Positions 50,249-60,793 of a stretch of DNA of 64,000 bases are shown here, in pieces. This stretch comes from an uncultured Alphaproteobacteria bacterium. GTDB lineage: Bacteria; Pseudomonadota; Alphaproteobacteria; RF32; CAG-239. How positions within the stretch are numbered: position 1 is the stretch's first letter; each line of letters opens with the position of its first letter. The stretch is taken from the NCBI GenBank assembly GCA_944391425.1, contig CALXTO010000006.1:68-64067 (forward strand), written 5' to 3'. The position numbers and the translations under genes were made by a program. The notes under the pieces are model-generated. The model made no database searches. It was not told where the DNA came from and saw nothing but the letters and a program-made list of their open reading frames with translations.

Positions 50249-51206
50249 AATGGCGTCCCATCCTCAAAAATTTGTCGGTACGGCGTTTTTTAAGCTCATC
50301 GCCGCTCTGGGTCATCAATTCTTTCAAATGTTTCAAAATACTGTCGCCGACACGCTCAATTGCCGCTTCACGGTTTCGATGCGCGCCGCCCAGCGGTTCG
50401 GCAATGATTTCGTCAATCACGCCCAGCCGCCGCAAATCCTGCGCGGTCAGCCGCAGAGCTTCGGTTGCTTCTTTAACCTTATCGGCCGAGCGCCATAAAA
50501 TTGAAGCGCAGCCTTCCGGCGAGATAACCGAATAAATGGAATGTTCCAACATTAAAACGCGGTTGGCGGTAGCAATGGCGATCGCGCCGCCGGAACCACC
50601 TTCTCCGATAACGACGGAAATAATCGGCGTGCGGATTTTCAGGCACTTTTCAATAGAGGAGGCAATGGCTTCCGCTTGGCCGCGGGCTTCAGCCTCAACG
50701 CCCGGGAAAGCTCCGGAAGTATCGACAAAGGCGATGACTGGCAAGCTGAATTTATCTGCCAGATTCATCAGTCGCTGGGCTTTGCGGTAACCTTCAGGTT
50801 TGGCCATGCCGAAGTTGTATTTCATACGCGATTCGATATCATGTCCTTTTTCCTGGCCGATAACAACGACGGAAATTCCTTTAAACCGGCCGATACCGCC
50901 GATCATGGCCTCATCATCGGCAAAACAGCGGTCGCCGCACAGCGGCGTAAAATCTTCAATCAGGGCATGCACGTAATCCAGACAGTGCGGACGCTGCGGA
51001 TGACGGGCAACTTGGGATTTTTGCCAGGGCGTAAGATTGGAGTAAGAAGCCCGCATCTGTTTTTCCAGCTTTTGCTGAAGCCGGGACAGTTCCTGAGAAA
51101 TGTCCACTTCTTCGTTTTGGGTCAGGTATTTGAGACTTTCGATTTTTGATTCGATTTCAAAAATGTTTTTTTCAAAGTCTAAAACTAAAGTATCCGAATT
51201 GCTCAT
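50232..51206 (-). CDS. accA: Acetyl-CoA carboxylase carboxyltransferase subunit alpha
   Basis: 324 aa. [12 protein letters not shown]-terminus, RHPQRPH, and the DTSGAFPG....[10 protein letters not shown] motif. Confidence 0.96.
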   Translation of the reverse strand: MSNSDTLVLDFEKNIFEIESKIESLKYLTQNEEVDISQELSRLQQKLEKQMRASYSNLTPWQKSQVARHPQRPHCLDYVHALIEDFTPLCGDRCFADDEAMIGGIGRFKGISVVVIGQEKGHDIESRMKYNFGMAKPEGYRKAQRLMNLADKFSLPVIAFVDTSGAFPGVEAEARGQAEAIASSIEKCLKIRTPIISVVIGEGGSGGAIAIATANRVLMLEHSIYSVISPEGCASILWRSADKVKEATEALRLTAQDLRRLGVIDEIIAEPLGGAHRNREAAIERVGDSILKHLKELMTQSGDELKKRRTDKFLRMGRHFAESK

Positions 51207-51379
51207 TATAAAACTCTATTTTTGTTTACGCAAATTTTTACTTCCTCATAACATATTTTTTCCGAAATTTCGACTCTTATTTTTCTTTTTGTGCAAGAAG
51301 TAAGGATTTTTGTTGGAAAAAGAGTTAATATTTATTACTATCCAATAAATAAAGTGCATTTTATCAAAGGAGAGTTCTT

Positions 51380-52657
51380 TTGTTGGCCGTATCCTTTTTC
51401 ACGCTGATTTTCTCGTCTTTGCTTTGGCTCATATATTCCCTGCGGTTTATTTTTGACAACTTGAAGGGCATTTCTTTTTTTGACGCGGGCATTGCCAATA
51501 TTATGCTCTATACGCTGCTGGTCTGTCTCCCCATATTTTTGATGTGGGCTGTGTTCGGTTTCGTCAGCCAGTATCTGAGCAACCGCAGCTTCAGCCTGCA
51601 GCTGCAAAAACTTTTCGTGCAGATGAAAAAAAATCAGGATTATTCGGATCTGCTGGCCCGGGTATTGATTGAAACCGAACAGCAGGTAAAGGACGGCTTC
51701 GTACTTAATCGTTTTGATCTGCTGATTGCTGATATGAATGAGCTTTTATCAGAGATTATCCGCGGTTGCAAACTGGCGTCTGGCGAACAAATCGAGAATT
51801 TGTGGAATAAGGTGCAAAATGGCGGCAAGTGGTCTTTCGGCAAAGTTATTATTGAGGTAAACAACTCGCAGCCTAATTTTCAAATGCGAATTTACGAACG
51901 CTCTGTGCGCGACAATGTTATCGGCGGCACGGTCATGGAATTCTGCGCCCGGTATCTTGCCGTTGTCAAAATGCTGGAAGCGCATGACCGGGATAAAATC
52001 TTTTTAAATATGATTGAAACGGGAGTAATGGGAAAAGTCTTTTCGATTCTGTCGCCGGTTGCCGAAGAGATTCGCCGCAGTCGTGAAGGAAAAGCAGCCT
52101 TTGCACGGCCGGAGCCGCAGCCGGCGTCTCGTCCCGCACCCCGTCCGACACCGCAGACAGAAACCCAGTTGGAGCGTGCTTCGGTCACCGTCAGCCGCGC
52201 GCCTAAAAAAGGCATTTTGGAACGCCTGAAAGATCTGCATCACAAAAAAGACAACGAGATTCCCGCGCCTATGGAAAGAGATCCTTTTTCAATCGCCCTT
52301 GAAAAAAGTTTTGGCGAAGAAATTTCTTCGTCGCAAGAACCTCCGGCTCCCCGGTTTGAACCGGAAGGCGAAACTCTTGAAACCGAACCGCGCTTCGAAA
52401 TAGCTCCGCCGGCGGAATTTGCGGAAGAAACGCCCGAAGCAGAGCCGTCCGTAACAAGTGCTGCAGAAGAAAGTCCTGAACCGGAAGAGTTGACGGATAC
52501 TCAAAGAACGCTCAACAGCCTGAAACAAGAATGGGCCGGATTTTCTCAGGAAGTGTCGGAAAAGAAAGAAAATGACGAACCGACGGAAGATCTGGACGGG
52601 CAAAATCTGGCTTATCCTTTCGGCAGCTGGGTCGACGAGCAGAATTACCGCAAATGA
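51380..52657 (+). CDS. Hypothetical membrane protein with Pro/Glu-rich C-terminal tail
   Basis: TTG start with GGAGAG 7 nt upstream. 425 aa. Two to three N-terminal TM helices, a central globular region, and an approximately 170-aa P/E/A-rich low-complexity tail. Its stop overlaps the next gene start (ATGA). Confidence 0.6.
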   Translation: MLAVSFFTLIFSSLLWLIYSLRFIFDNLKGISFFDAGIANIMLYTLLVCLPIFLMWAVFGFVSQYLSNRSFSLQLQKLFVQMKKNQDYSDLLARVLIETEQQVKDGFVLNRFDLLIADMNELLSEIIRGCKLASGEQIENLWNKVQNGGKWSFGKVIIEVNNSQPNFQMRIYERSVRDNVIGGTVMEFCARYLAVVKMLEAHDRDKIFLNMIETGVMGKVFSILSPVAEEIRRSREGKAAFARPEPQPASRPAPRPTPQTETQLERASVTVSRAPKKGILERLKDLHHKKDNEIPAPMERDPFSIALEKSFGEEISSSQEPPAPRFEPEGETLETEPRFEIAPPAEFAEETPEAEPSVTSAAEESPEPEELTDTQRTLNSLKQEWAGFSQEVSEKKENDEPTEDLDGQNLAYPFGSWVDEQNYRK

Positions 52658-54456
52658 AAAAACTGTTCGCCGCCGTATTCCTGTTAATTGCTTTTCCGCT
52701 GCAGGCGGCGGAGATAAAACTGTCTGAATCTCTTTCCTTATACGGAGCGCCGGAATATACGTCCGGATTTTCGCATTTTCGCTATGTTAACCCGGATGCG
52801 CCGAAAGGCGGCAGGATTGTTATGCCGGCTTATGGCGGTTATGATAATTTTAATCCGTTCATCTTTAAAGGAATTGCCGCGCCGGAAGCTGCGGAGCTGA
52901 CGCTGGACAGCCTGGGCGTTTCTCCGGTAGACGATGTTTCCACAGTTTATCCCCTGCTTGCCAAACGGTTTGAAATTCCGTCGGACAATTCCTTTGTTGG
53001 CTTTATTTTGGACGAGCGCGCCCGTTTTAGCGACGGGTCTCCGGTGACGGCGGATGACGTCATATTCAGTTTTAATGCCCTGATTGAAAAAGGGGCGCCG
53101 TTGTATAAAGTTTATTATGCGGATGTCGAAAAAGTTGAAAAGGTTGGCCCGCGCCATGTCCGTTTCTGGTTCAAAAAAGGAAGCCAAAACAAAGAATTGC
53201 CATTGATTTTATCACAGTTCAAAGTCTACTCGGCCAAAGATTGGCAGGGGCATGATTTTTCCAAGCCTTCTTTACGTGTCCCTCTGGGTAGCGGACCGTA
53301 TCTGATTGACAAATTTTCTCCCGGAAAATACACCGTTTTTCGCCGTAACCCGGACTATTGGGCCAAAGATCTGCCGACACGCCGGGGTTTTTTTAATTTT
53401 GATGAAGTTCGTTACGACTATTATCAGGATACCACAGTGACACTGCAGGCTCTTTTTGCGGGCAGCATAGATGTGCGTGGGGAATACATTGCCAAAATCT
53501 GGGTCAGCGGCTATGACAATGATATTGTCAAAAGCGGGCGGATCATAAAGGCGGAGATACCGCATAACCAGCCGGCTGTTCTGCAGTATTTCGGCTTCAA
53601 CACCCGCCTGAATAAATTTAAAGACCGCCGCGTGCGCGAGGCAATTGGGCTGGCGTTTGATTTCGATTGGGCCAACGATAAACTTTTCTACAATCAATAT
53701 CAGCGCATTTACAGTTGTTTCACCAACACGGGAATGGAAGCTGTAGGCTTGCCGCAGGGCAAAGAATTGCAGATTCTCGAAAAATACAGAAATCAGCTGC
53801 CTTCCGAAGTGTTTACAAAGGCGCCGGAGCTGCCGTCGCACAAAAATTATATGGAAACGCGGCAAAATCTGCGCCGCGCGGTTAAATTGCTGGAAGAAGC
53901 CGGATACGGTTTTGTCGACGGTAAAATGACGCGTTTGGACAACGGAGAGCCTCTGGAAATAGAAGTTCTCAGCAATTCCGCCAACGGTTCCTCTTTTACC
54001 CGCGTTATGCTGCCGTTTATTGAAAATCTGAAAAAAATCGGCATTAAAACAACTTTTCGCAATTTGGAAGTCAACATATTCAAAAACCGTCTGGATCGGT
54101 TTGATTTTGAAATGGCGATTTTGTCTTTCCGCATGAGCTCCATGCCCGGCAACGAGCAATATGAAATGTGGGGGTCGCGCTCGGCTTCGGTTCACGGCAG
54201 CTATAATATGATGGGCATTTCCAATCCCGTGGTGGACGAACTGATTGCTGGCCTGGTCGGTGCCCGTGACAAAGAAACCTACACGGCTTATGTCAGGGCT
54301 CTGGACAGAGTGCTGCTCAATGAACATTACATGATTCCCCAATGGTATTCCCCGCATGACCGGGTAGCTTACTGGGATAAATTTGAACATCCGGACACCG
54401 GGATCAAAGCAGGTTTCAATCCATTCACCTGGTGGGCGAAAGGAGATGCCGGATGA
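52654..54456 (+). CDS. yejA: ABC transporter substrate-binding protein, family 5 (YejA-like peptide/microcin C type)
   Basis: 600 aa. Signal peptide. The length and motifs ([19 protein letters not shown]) match my memory of YejA-type SBPs. Confidence 0.85.
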   Translation: MKKLFAAVFLLIAFPLQAAEIKLSESLSLYGAPEYTSGFSHFRYVNPDAPKGGRIVMPAYGGYDNFNPFIFKGIAAPEAAELTLDSLGVSPVDDVSTVYPLLAKRFEIPSDNSFVGFILDERARFSDGSPVTADDVIFSFNALIEKGAPLYKVYYADVEKVEKVGPRHVRFWFKKGSQNKELPLILSQFKVYSAKDWQGHDFSKPSLRVPLGSGPYLIDKFSPGKYTVFRRNPDYWAKDLPTRRGFFNFDEVRYDYYQDTTVTLQALFAGSIDVRGEYIAKIWVSGYDNDIVKSGRIIKAEIPHNQPAVLQYFGFNTRLNKFKDRRVREAIGLAFDFDWANDKLFYNQYQRIYSCFTNTGMEAVGLPQGKELQILEKYRNQLPSEVFTKAPELPSHKNYMETRQNLRRAVKLLEEAGYGFVDGKMTRLDNGEPLEIEVLSNSANGSSFTRVMLPFIENLKKIGIKTTFRNLEVNIFKNRLDRFDFEMAILSFRMSSMPGNEQYEMWGSRSASVHGSYNMMGISNPVVDELIAGLVGARDKETYTAYVRALDRVLLNEHYMIPQWYSPHDRVAYWDKFEHPDTGIKAGFNPFTWWAKGDAG

Positions 54457-55532
54457 GAAATTATATCTTTAAAAGACTTCTCTTAATTCCTTTGACTTTA
54501 CTCGGAATACTGACACTGAACTTTATCATTATCCAGTTTGCGCCCGGCGGTCCAATTGAGCATACGCTGGCTAAATATCAGGGTATGAACGTCGATTCCA
54601 AAGGACAGTTTTCCGGCACTGCGCAGCTGGCAAATGCTTCGCCGGCGCCTTCAAAATATCAGGGAGCACAGGGCGTGCCGCCGGAACTGATTGCCGAGCT
54701 TGAAAAACAGTTTGGTTTTGACAAGCCGGCTCATGTCCGTTTTTTTAAAATGATTGCCGATTATGCCCGTTTTGATTTCGGCAAAAGTTTTTATCAGGAT
54801 AAGACCGTTGGCGCCCTCATTATGGAAAGAATGCCTGTTTCGGTGTCTTTGGGTTTGTGGTCGACGCTGATAATTTATTTGATAGCGATTCCTTTAGGAA
54901 TAAAAAAGGCAGTCCGTGATGGTTCGGCTTTTGATGTTTGGACATCTTTTGCTGTTATTTTGGGATCGGCGATTCCCGTCTTTTTGTTTGCGGTGTTTTT
55001 GATTGTGTTTTTTGCCGGTGGCACCTACCTGCACTGGTTTCCGCTGCATGGTTTAACTTCCGATAATTGGGAAAGCCTGTCTTTGGGGGGCAAAATTCTG
55101 GACTATTTCTGGCACATTACCCTGCCGGTGCTGGCGATGGTTATCGGCGGTTTTGCCAGTTTGACGATGCTGACCAAAAATTCGTTTCTGGATGAAATCA
55201 ATAAACAGTATGTTCTGACTGCAAAAGCTAAAGGCCTGAGCGAAAACCAGATTTTATACGGCCATGTTTTCCGTAATGCTATGCTGATTGTCATTGCCGG
55301 TTTTCCGACTTTGCTGATAAAAATGCTGTTTACGGGTTCTCTGCTGATTGAAGTTATTTTTTCTCTTAACGGATTGGGATTGTTAGGGTATGAAGCAATT
55401 ATGACCAGGGATTATCCGGTTATTTTCGGAACAATGTATATTTTTGCGCTTTTAGGGCTTATATTAAAGTTGCTTTCGGATATTGCCTATTCCCTGATAG
55501 ATCCGCGGATTAATTTTGAAGGACGGAGTTAA
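54453..55532 (+). CDS. yejB: ABC transporter permease (YejB-like)
   Basis: Start at ATG 54453, in an ATGA overlap with the yejA stop (the ORF-track start is at 54432). [17 protein letters not shown]-terminus, typical of DppB/YejB permeases, plus an EAA-like loop. Confidence 0.88.
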   Translation: MRNYIFKRLLLIPLTLLGILTLNFIIIQFAPGGPIEHTLAKYQGMNVDSKGQFSGTAQLANASPAPSKYQGAQGVPPELIAELEKQFGFDKPAHVRFFKMIADYARFDFGKSFYQDKTVGALIMERMPVSVSLGLWSTLIIYLIAIPLGIKKAVRDGSAFDVWTSFAVILGSAIPVFLFAVFLIVFFAGGTYLHWFPLHGLTSDNWESLSLGGKILDYFWHITLPVLAMVIGGFASLTMLTKNSFLDEINKQYVLTAKAKGLSENQILYGHVFRNAMLIVIAGFPTLLIKMLFTGSLLIEVIFSLNGLGLLGYEAIMTRDYPVIFGTMYIFALLGLILKLLSDIAYSLIDPRINFEGRS

Positions 55533-55600
55533 CCAATATTAAATAACCGCCGGGGTAATAATAAGTTATAGCTTTCCATAATTGCAAAACGGGGACAACG

Positions 55601-57097
55601 ATGCTTAATCTCAAACATGTGGCCATCAACTCTTTCAATGAAAACCTCGCTTACGTTCATCGGGATTGTACGGCTTATCGCGTTGATGATATTACGACGC
55701 TGACCAAAGTGGAAATTCACGGCGGCGTTAAGCCGGTGTACGCTTTTTTGCAGGTGGTAGAGGATACGGCTTTGGTCAAGCCGGATGAGCTTGGTCTTAA
55801 TACAGAAGCTTTCAAACAGATTAATCTTCCCGAAGGTGCCAATATCTCCATGACGCTGGCGCCTCAGGCACAAAGCCTGTTATCGGTCAAACGCAAGATA
55901 GCCGGAAACATTTTAAATGCCGGTGAATATGACGCTATTGTCAACGACATTGCTTCCAAACGCTATTCAAATATGGATATTGCATCTTTTTTGGTTGCAT
56001 CCGGTTCCTTTATGACAACTTCAGAAGTTCTGGCGTTGACGGAAGCAATGATCGGCGAGGACGTTATCCGCTGGGACAATGAAGAAATCGTTGTGGATCA
56101 CCATTGCTTCGGTGGGGTTCCCGGAAACAAAACCGACATCATCATTACCGCCATTGTTGCTGCTTACGGGCTTCCCATGCCCAAAACAGCGGCTCGTTCG
56201 CTGACCTCCTGTGCCGGCGTAGCGGATACGTTTTCCGTTTTGGCCGGAGTTGATATGGATGAAGATAAATTGAAAAAGCTGGTTAAGGAAAACCGCGGCG
56301 CCATTGTCGACTACAACAGCCTTCCCATTGCTTCCGCCAACAAGATTATTGCCGGCGTCGAAAGGCATTTGGGCCTGACCCAGCTTCAGCATCTGGCGGC
56401 GTCGATTCTGGCAATCAAACTGGCTGCCGGCGTAACGCATCTGGTTATTGACATTCCTGCCGGTCCCAGCGCCCGTGTCAAGACGACGACGGAGGCCATG
56501 CGCCTTCGTAAACTGATAGAATATATTGGAGATATGCTTTCTTTGGGCGTCGATGTCCATATTACCGACGGACGGGAACCCATCGGCAATGGCATTGGTG
56601 CTGTTTTGGAGGCCAGAGATGTTATGAAAGTTCTCCGCAATAAGGAAGACGCGCCGGAGGACCTGCGGGAAAAATCTCTCTATCTGGCCGGGCATGTTTT
56701 AGAGTTTGATCCGCAGTTGCGCGGCGGACAGGGATATTTTGCCGCTCGGGAAATCCTCAATTCCGGTCGGGCGTTGGAGGCCATGAACAAAATTATTTAC
56801 GCCCAGGGCAAAGCGCCTCAACCTCAGCTCGGCAATCTGACTCGGGATATTGTTTCCACCCAGAGCGGTGTAGTTGAAAGCATCAATAACGAACGTATCA
56901 ACAAAATCGGCGTTTTGGCCGGCGCTTCGCAATACCCCGGCGCCGGGCTTGATTTGCTGAAAAAAGTCGGTGACAAGGTTGAACAGGGAGAAACGCTCTA
57001 CCGCATCCATTCAGTTAATTCGACGGATTTTGCTTTTGCTAATTCGGTTGTTGACGGTTATACCGGTTATGAAATCAACACGAAAGGAACTTTCTGA
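55601..57097 (+). CDS. Thymidine phosphorylase family protein (long, about 500-aa 'putative thymidine/AMP phosphorylase' subtype)
   Basis: 498 aa. An N-terminal approximately 90-aa extra domain, then the glycosyl-transferase family 3 core (DHHCFGGVPGNKT; S.AGVADT) and a C-terminal PYNP domain. Confidence 0.85.
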   Translation: MLNLKHVAINSFNENLAYVHRDCTAYRVDDITTLTKVEIHGGVKPVYAFLQVVEDTALVKPDELGLNTEAFKQINLPEGANISMTLAPQAQSLLSVKRKIAGNILNAGEYDAIVNDIASKRYSNMDIASFLVASGSFMTTSEVLALTEAMIGEDVIRWDNEEIVVDHHCFGGVPGNKTDIIITAIVAAYGLPMPKTAARSLTSCAGVADTFSVLAGVDMDEDKLKKLVKENRGAIVDYNSLPIASANKIIAGVERHLGLTQLQHLAASILAIKLAAGVTHLVIDIPAGPSARVKTTTEAMRLRKLIEYIGDMLSLGVDVHITDGREPIGNGIGAVLEARDVMKVLRNKEDAPEDLREKSLYLAGHVLEFDPQLRGGQGYFAAREILNSGRALEAMNKIIYAQGKAPQPQLGNLTRDIVSTQSGVVESINNERINKIGVLAGASQYPGAGLDLLKKVGDKVEQGETLYRIHSVNSTDFAFANSVVDGYTGYEINTKGTF

Positions 57098-57690
57098 TGA
57101 GCCTGCCCGGACGCGCTGTGGCGGAACAGGAACTGGAAGAAGCCGGTCGGCTTAATCCCGGCAAATGGACGGCTCACTCCCGTTATGTCGCCAAAGCCTG
57201 CGAATATATAGCGGCGGCCTGCGGAATGGATTCCGAAAAAGCCTATATTCTGGGGCTGTTGCATGATATTGGCCGCCGGATAGGTGTTGTCAATATGTAC
57301 CATGTTTACAGCGGATACCGTTATTGTACCCAAAAAGGTTGGGATGAAGTCGCCCGCATCTGCCTGACCCATTCGTATCTTCTCGGAGATGCAGCCAAGG
57401 GCGTCAGCGATTTCGACGGCAATATCGAAGAATATCGGTTTGTTGAAGATTATATCCGCAATGTCGTTTTGGATGATTATGACCGTCTGGTGCAGTTGGC
57501 GGATGCTTTAGGAACGGCAGACGGTTTTTGCATCATTGAAAAGCGCTTGGTCGATGTTGCTTTGCGTTATGGCTTTATGCCTTATACGCTAGAAAAATGG
57601 CGAAAATTTTTTGAACTGAAAGAATATTTTGACCAAAAATGCGGCTGTTCAGTTTATAAATTGTTGCCCGGCATTGAGGAGAACCTGTAA
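57097..57690 (+). CDS. HD-domain phosphohydrolase family protein
   Basis: 197 aa. H...LGLLHDIGR (HD motif) and a downstream conserved D. Its ATG overlaps the upstream TGA (TGATG), and AAAGGAA SD is present. Confidence 0.75.
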   Translation: MSLPGRAVAEQELEEAGRLNPGKWTAHSRYVAKACEYIAAACGMDSEKAYILGLLHDIGRRIGVVNMYHVYSGYRYCTQKGWDEVARICLTHSYLLGDAAKGVSDFDGNIEEYRFVEDYIRNVVLDDYDRLVQLADALGTADGFCIIEKRLVDVALRYGFMPYTLEKWRKFFELKEYFDQKCGCSVYKLLPGIEENL

Positions 57691-58583
57691 TGAAAAAGCT
57701 GCGTATTGCCATTGTCGGCTGCAAAAACATGGGGCGGAAACACCTATGCTGCCTTCAAGAACATTTTTCCGCTGAAGTAAAAATCGCGGGTATACTTAAT
57801 TCCACCGTCAAGTCCTCAGCCAAATGCGGTCAAGAACTGGGAGTTCCCTATTTTGAAAAACTGACAGATATTAACCGTCGCAGAGTTGATGCAGTCATTA
57901 TCGCCACGCCGGCCGAAACCCATTATGAAATTGCCAAAGAGCTGATTGCCAAGAAGATTCCGCTTTTAATCGAAAAACCCTTTGCCGAAACCGAAGAACA
58001 GTGCTATGAGTTGAGAGCTCTGGCAAGGGAAAAGCATATGCCTCTTCTCATCGGTCATACGGAAAATTATAATCCGGCGGTTGTGAAACTGCGGGAGGTC
58101 TTAGAGGCGCCAATCCGGACAATTGCGGCCTTTCGTTCCTCAAACAATCCCGGATTCAAACGAACGCATATTATTTCCGAATTGATGATTCATGATATCT
58201 CCATTGTCAATTCGTTAACTTCCGCCGCCGTCAAAAAAGTATCTGTTTCCAAAAAAGGAGAATATCGTTGGGATGAACACGCCGTGGTCGAAATGCTTTT
58301 GGAAGACGGTTCTGCCGTGCGGCTGGAGGCTTTGCGCGCCGAATGCCCGGTAGAGCGCCGGATGCGGATTATTGACAAAGACAGTCATATTTATCAGATT
58401 GACTTTTTGGAACGCCGCTTGCGCAAAGACGGAGAAACCTTGTGCGAAGGGGGCGATTCCCTGGCGGCCGAACTGCGCGACTTTATAGAAATGTGCAAAG
58501 GCGGAAGGCCTCTGGTAAGCGTGGATGAAGGTGTTGAAAATGTTGAAATCTGCCGCTATCTGGAATCCTTTTGTCAGAATTAA
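57690..58583 (+). CDS. Gfo/Idh/MocA family NAD(P)-dependent oxidoreductase
   Basis: 297 aa. N-terminal Rossmann motif IAIVGCKNMGRKH, and EKPFA (the EKP motif). TAATG overlap with the HD gene, and GAGGAG SD. Confidence 0.8.
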   Translation: MKKLRIAIVGCKNMGRKHLCCLQEHFSAEVKIAGILNSTVKSSAKCGQELGVPYFEKLTDINRRRVDAVIIATPAETHYEIAKELIAKKIPLLIEKPFAETEEQCYELRALAREKHMPLLIGHTENYNPAVVKLREVLEAPIRTIAAFRSSNNPGFKRTHIISELMIHDISIVNSLTSAAVKKVSVSKKGEYRWDEHAVVEMLLEDGSAVRLEALRAECPVERRMRIIDKDSHIYQIDFLERRLRKDGETLCEGGDSLAAELRDFIEMCKGGRPLVSVDEGVENVEICRYLESFCQN

Positions 58584-58613
58584 GCAAAATTTTTCAAAAA
58601 AAATCCGTCTGTA

Positions 58614-58642
58614 CTTGCATCACTGATTTTTCGTCCCTATAT
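58614..58642 (+). promoter_or_regulatory. Putative RpoH (sigma-32)-type heat-shock promoter of dnaK
   Basis: CTTGCA (58614-58619), a 15-nt spacer, then CCCTATAT (58635-58642), compared with the consensus CTTGAA-N13-15-CCCCATnT. About 50 nt upstream of the dnaK ATG. Confidence 0.55.
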
Positions 58643-58694
58643 AAGCTAGTAGCAAGATAAGAATTTACTGCATTTAAACAAAGGATAAAAGATT

Positions 58695-60614
58695 ATGAGC
58701 AATAAAGTTATTGGTATTGACCTTGGTACGACCAACTCCTGCTTTGCGGTTATGGAAGGCGGGGAAGCCAAGGTGTTGGAAAATTCCGAAGGCGCCAGAA
58801 CAACGCCTTCCATGGTTGCTTTCACGGATACCGAACGTCTGGTCGGCTTTCCGGCCAAACGTCAGGCAGTTACCAACCCCGAAAACACGCTGTTTGCCAT
58901 CAAACGTTTGATTGGCCGCCGTTTTGATTCTCCGGAAGTTGCCAAAGACAAAGCTTTGGTTCCCTTTAAGATTATTGACGGCGACAATGGTGATGCCTGG
59001 GTAGAGGTCAAAGGCCAAAAATATGCCCCGTCGCAGATCTCGGCAATCGTTCTGCAGAAAATTAAGGAATATGCCGAGAGCTATCTTGGTGAAAAAATTG
59101 AAAAAGCGGTTATTACCGTTCCGGCCTATTTTAACGATTCTCAGCGTCAGGCCACAAAAGATGCCGGTAAAATCGCCGGCTTGGACGTCCTGCGCATTAT
59201 CAACGAACCGACGGCTGCGGCTTTGGCCTACGGTATGGATAAAAAAGCCAACGGCACCATCGCCGTTTATGACCTCGGCGGCGGTACTTTTGATATTTCC
59301 ATTTTGGAAATCGGCGACGGCGTATTTGAAGTAAAATCCACCAACGGGGATACGTTCCTGGGCGGCGAAGACTTTGACCAGCGTCTGGTAACTTATTTGA
59401 CGGACGAGTTCAAAAAAGAAAGCGGTATTGATTTGAAAAACGACCGTTTGGCTTTACAGCGTTTGAAAGAGGCTGCCGAAAAAGCAAAAATCGAGCTGTC
59501 CTCGACAACCCAAACCGAAGTTAACCTGCCGTTTATCACCGCAGATCAAACCGGCCCGAAACATCTGAACATCAAATTGACTCGAGCCAAACTCGAATCT
59601 TTGGTTGAAGATTTGATTGAAAAAACAGTTGAACCCTGTAAAAAGGCAATGGCGGATGCCGGTGTCAGCCCCTCTGACATCAGCGAGGTTATCCTCGTCG
59701 GCGGTATGACCCGTATGCCCAAAGTTCAGGAAAAAGTAAAAGAAATTTTTGGCAAAGAGCCGCACAAAGGCGTTAATCCCGATGAAGTCGTTGCTGTCGG
59801 CGCGGCCATCCAGGGCGGTGTTTTGATGGGCGACGTCAAAGATGTTTTGCTGCTGGATGTTACTCCGTTGTCTTTGGGTATTGAAACGCTGGGCGGCGTG
59901 TTTACGCGTCTGATTGACCGCAATACCACCATTCCGACCCGCAAATCTCAGGTATTTTCAACAGCGGAAGACGGACAAACAGCCGTTACCATCCGCGTCT
60001 TCCAAGGCGAGCGCGAAATGGCAGCAGACAACAAGCTGCTCGGACAGTTTGATCTGGTTGGCATTCCGCCTGCACCGCGCGGCATGCCGCAGATTGAAGT
60101 TACCTTTGATATTGATGCCAACGGTATCGTAAATGTTTCGGCCAAAGATAAAGCCACCAATAAGGAACAGGCCATCCGCATTCAGGCCAGCGGCGGCTTA
60201 TCTGATGCCGACATTGAAAAAATGGTTAAAGATGCCGAAGCCAATGCCGAGGCTGATAAGAAGAAAAAAGAGCTGGTTGAAGCCAAAAACCAGGGTGAAT
60301 CTTTGGTACATTCAACCGAAAAGACCCTCAAAGAACATGGCGATAAAATTTCTGCGGCTGAAAAAGAAGCGATCGAAAATGAAATCAAAGCTTTGAAAAC
60401 AGCCTTAGAAGCCGAGGATTTGAGCGTCATCAAAGAAAAGACCGAAAGCCTGATGCAGGCTTCCATGAAACTCGGCGAAGCCATGTATAAAGCGCAGCAG
60501 GCTGATGCTTCTGCCGCCGGCGCCCAGCCCGGAGCCGATGCGGGAGCTTCCGCCGGAAATCAGCGCGGCAACGATGAAAAAGTTGTCGATGCTGATTTTG
60601 AAGAAGTCAAGTAA
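58695..60614 (+). CDS. dnaK: Molecular chaperone DnaK (Hsp70)
   Basis: 639 aa. [29 protein letters not shown] and a C-terminal DADFEEVK. Confidence 0.98.
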   Translation: MSNKVIGIDLGTTNSCFAVMEGGEAKVLENSEGARTTPSMVAFTDTERLVGFPAKRQAVTNPENTLFAIKRLIGRRFDSPEVAKDKALVPFKIIDGDNGDAWVEVKGQKYAPSQISAIVLQKIKEYAESYLGEKIEKAVITVPAYFNDSQRQATKDAGKIAGLDVLRIINEPTAAALAYGMDKKANGTIAVYDLGGGTFDISILEIGDGVFEVKSTNGDTFLGGEDFDQRLVTYLTDEFKKESGIDLKNDRLALQRLKEAAEKAKIELSSTTQTEVNLPFITADQTGPKHLNIKLTRAKLESLVEDLIEKTVEPCKKAMADAGVSPSDISEVILVGGMTRMPKVQEKVKEIFGKEPHKGVNPDEVVAVGAAIQGGVLMGDVKDVLLLDVTPLSLGIETLGGVFTRLIDRNTTIPTRKSQVFSTAEDGQTAVTIRVFQGEREMAADNKLLGQFDLVGIPPAPRGMPQIEVTFDIDANGIVNVSAKDKATNKEQAIRIQASGGLSDADIEKMVKDAEANAEADKKKKELVEAKNQGESLVHSTEKTLKEHGDKISAAEKEAIENEIKALKTALEAEDLSVIKEKTESLMQASMKLGEAMYKAQQADASAAGAQPGADAGASAGNQRGNDEKVVDADFEEVK

Positions 60615-60634
60615 CTGACTCTGTTCTGTACACA

Positions 60635-60669
60635 AAACCTCCGCAAAATTCTTTTGCGGAGGTTTTTTT
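60635..60669 (+). terminator. Rho-independent terminator after dnaK
   Basis: AAACCTCCGCAAAA-TTC-TTTTGCGGAGGTTT hairpin followed by a T-run, about 20 nt after the dnaK stop. Confidence 0.88.
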
Positions 60670-60732
60670 AACCGCACTTCTCAAAACCTGCCCAGTTTCC
60701 TCCGGATAAACAGCTTTTTAATTGCTCATTTG

Positions 60733-60761
60733 CTTGACTTTATGTCTTAAAAATCCTAAAT
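60733..60761 (+). promoter_or_regulatory. Possible second RpoH-type promoter upstream of dnaJ
   Basis: CTTGAC (60733-60738), a 15-nt spacer, then TCCTAAAT (60754-60761). The geometry matches the dnaK element but the -10 match is weaker. Confidence 0.3.
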
Positions 60762-60793
60762 ACAAACTAAGTTAAAACAAGAAGTAAAATAAA

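Noticed and set aside
53272-54390. 372-aa ORF on the minus strand
   Set aside because: It is antisense to the YejA-like substrate-binding protein gene, has no recognisable motifs and has shadow-ORF composition.
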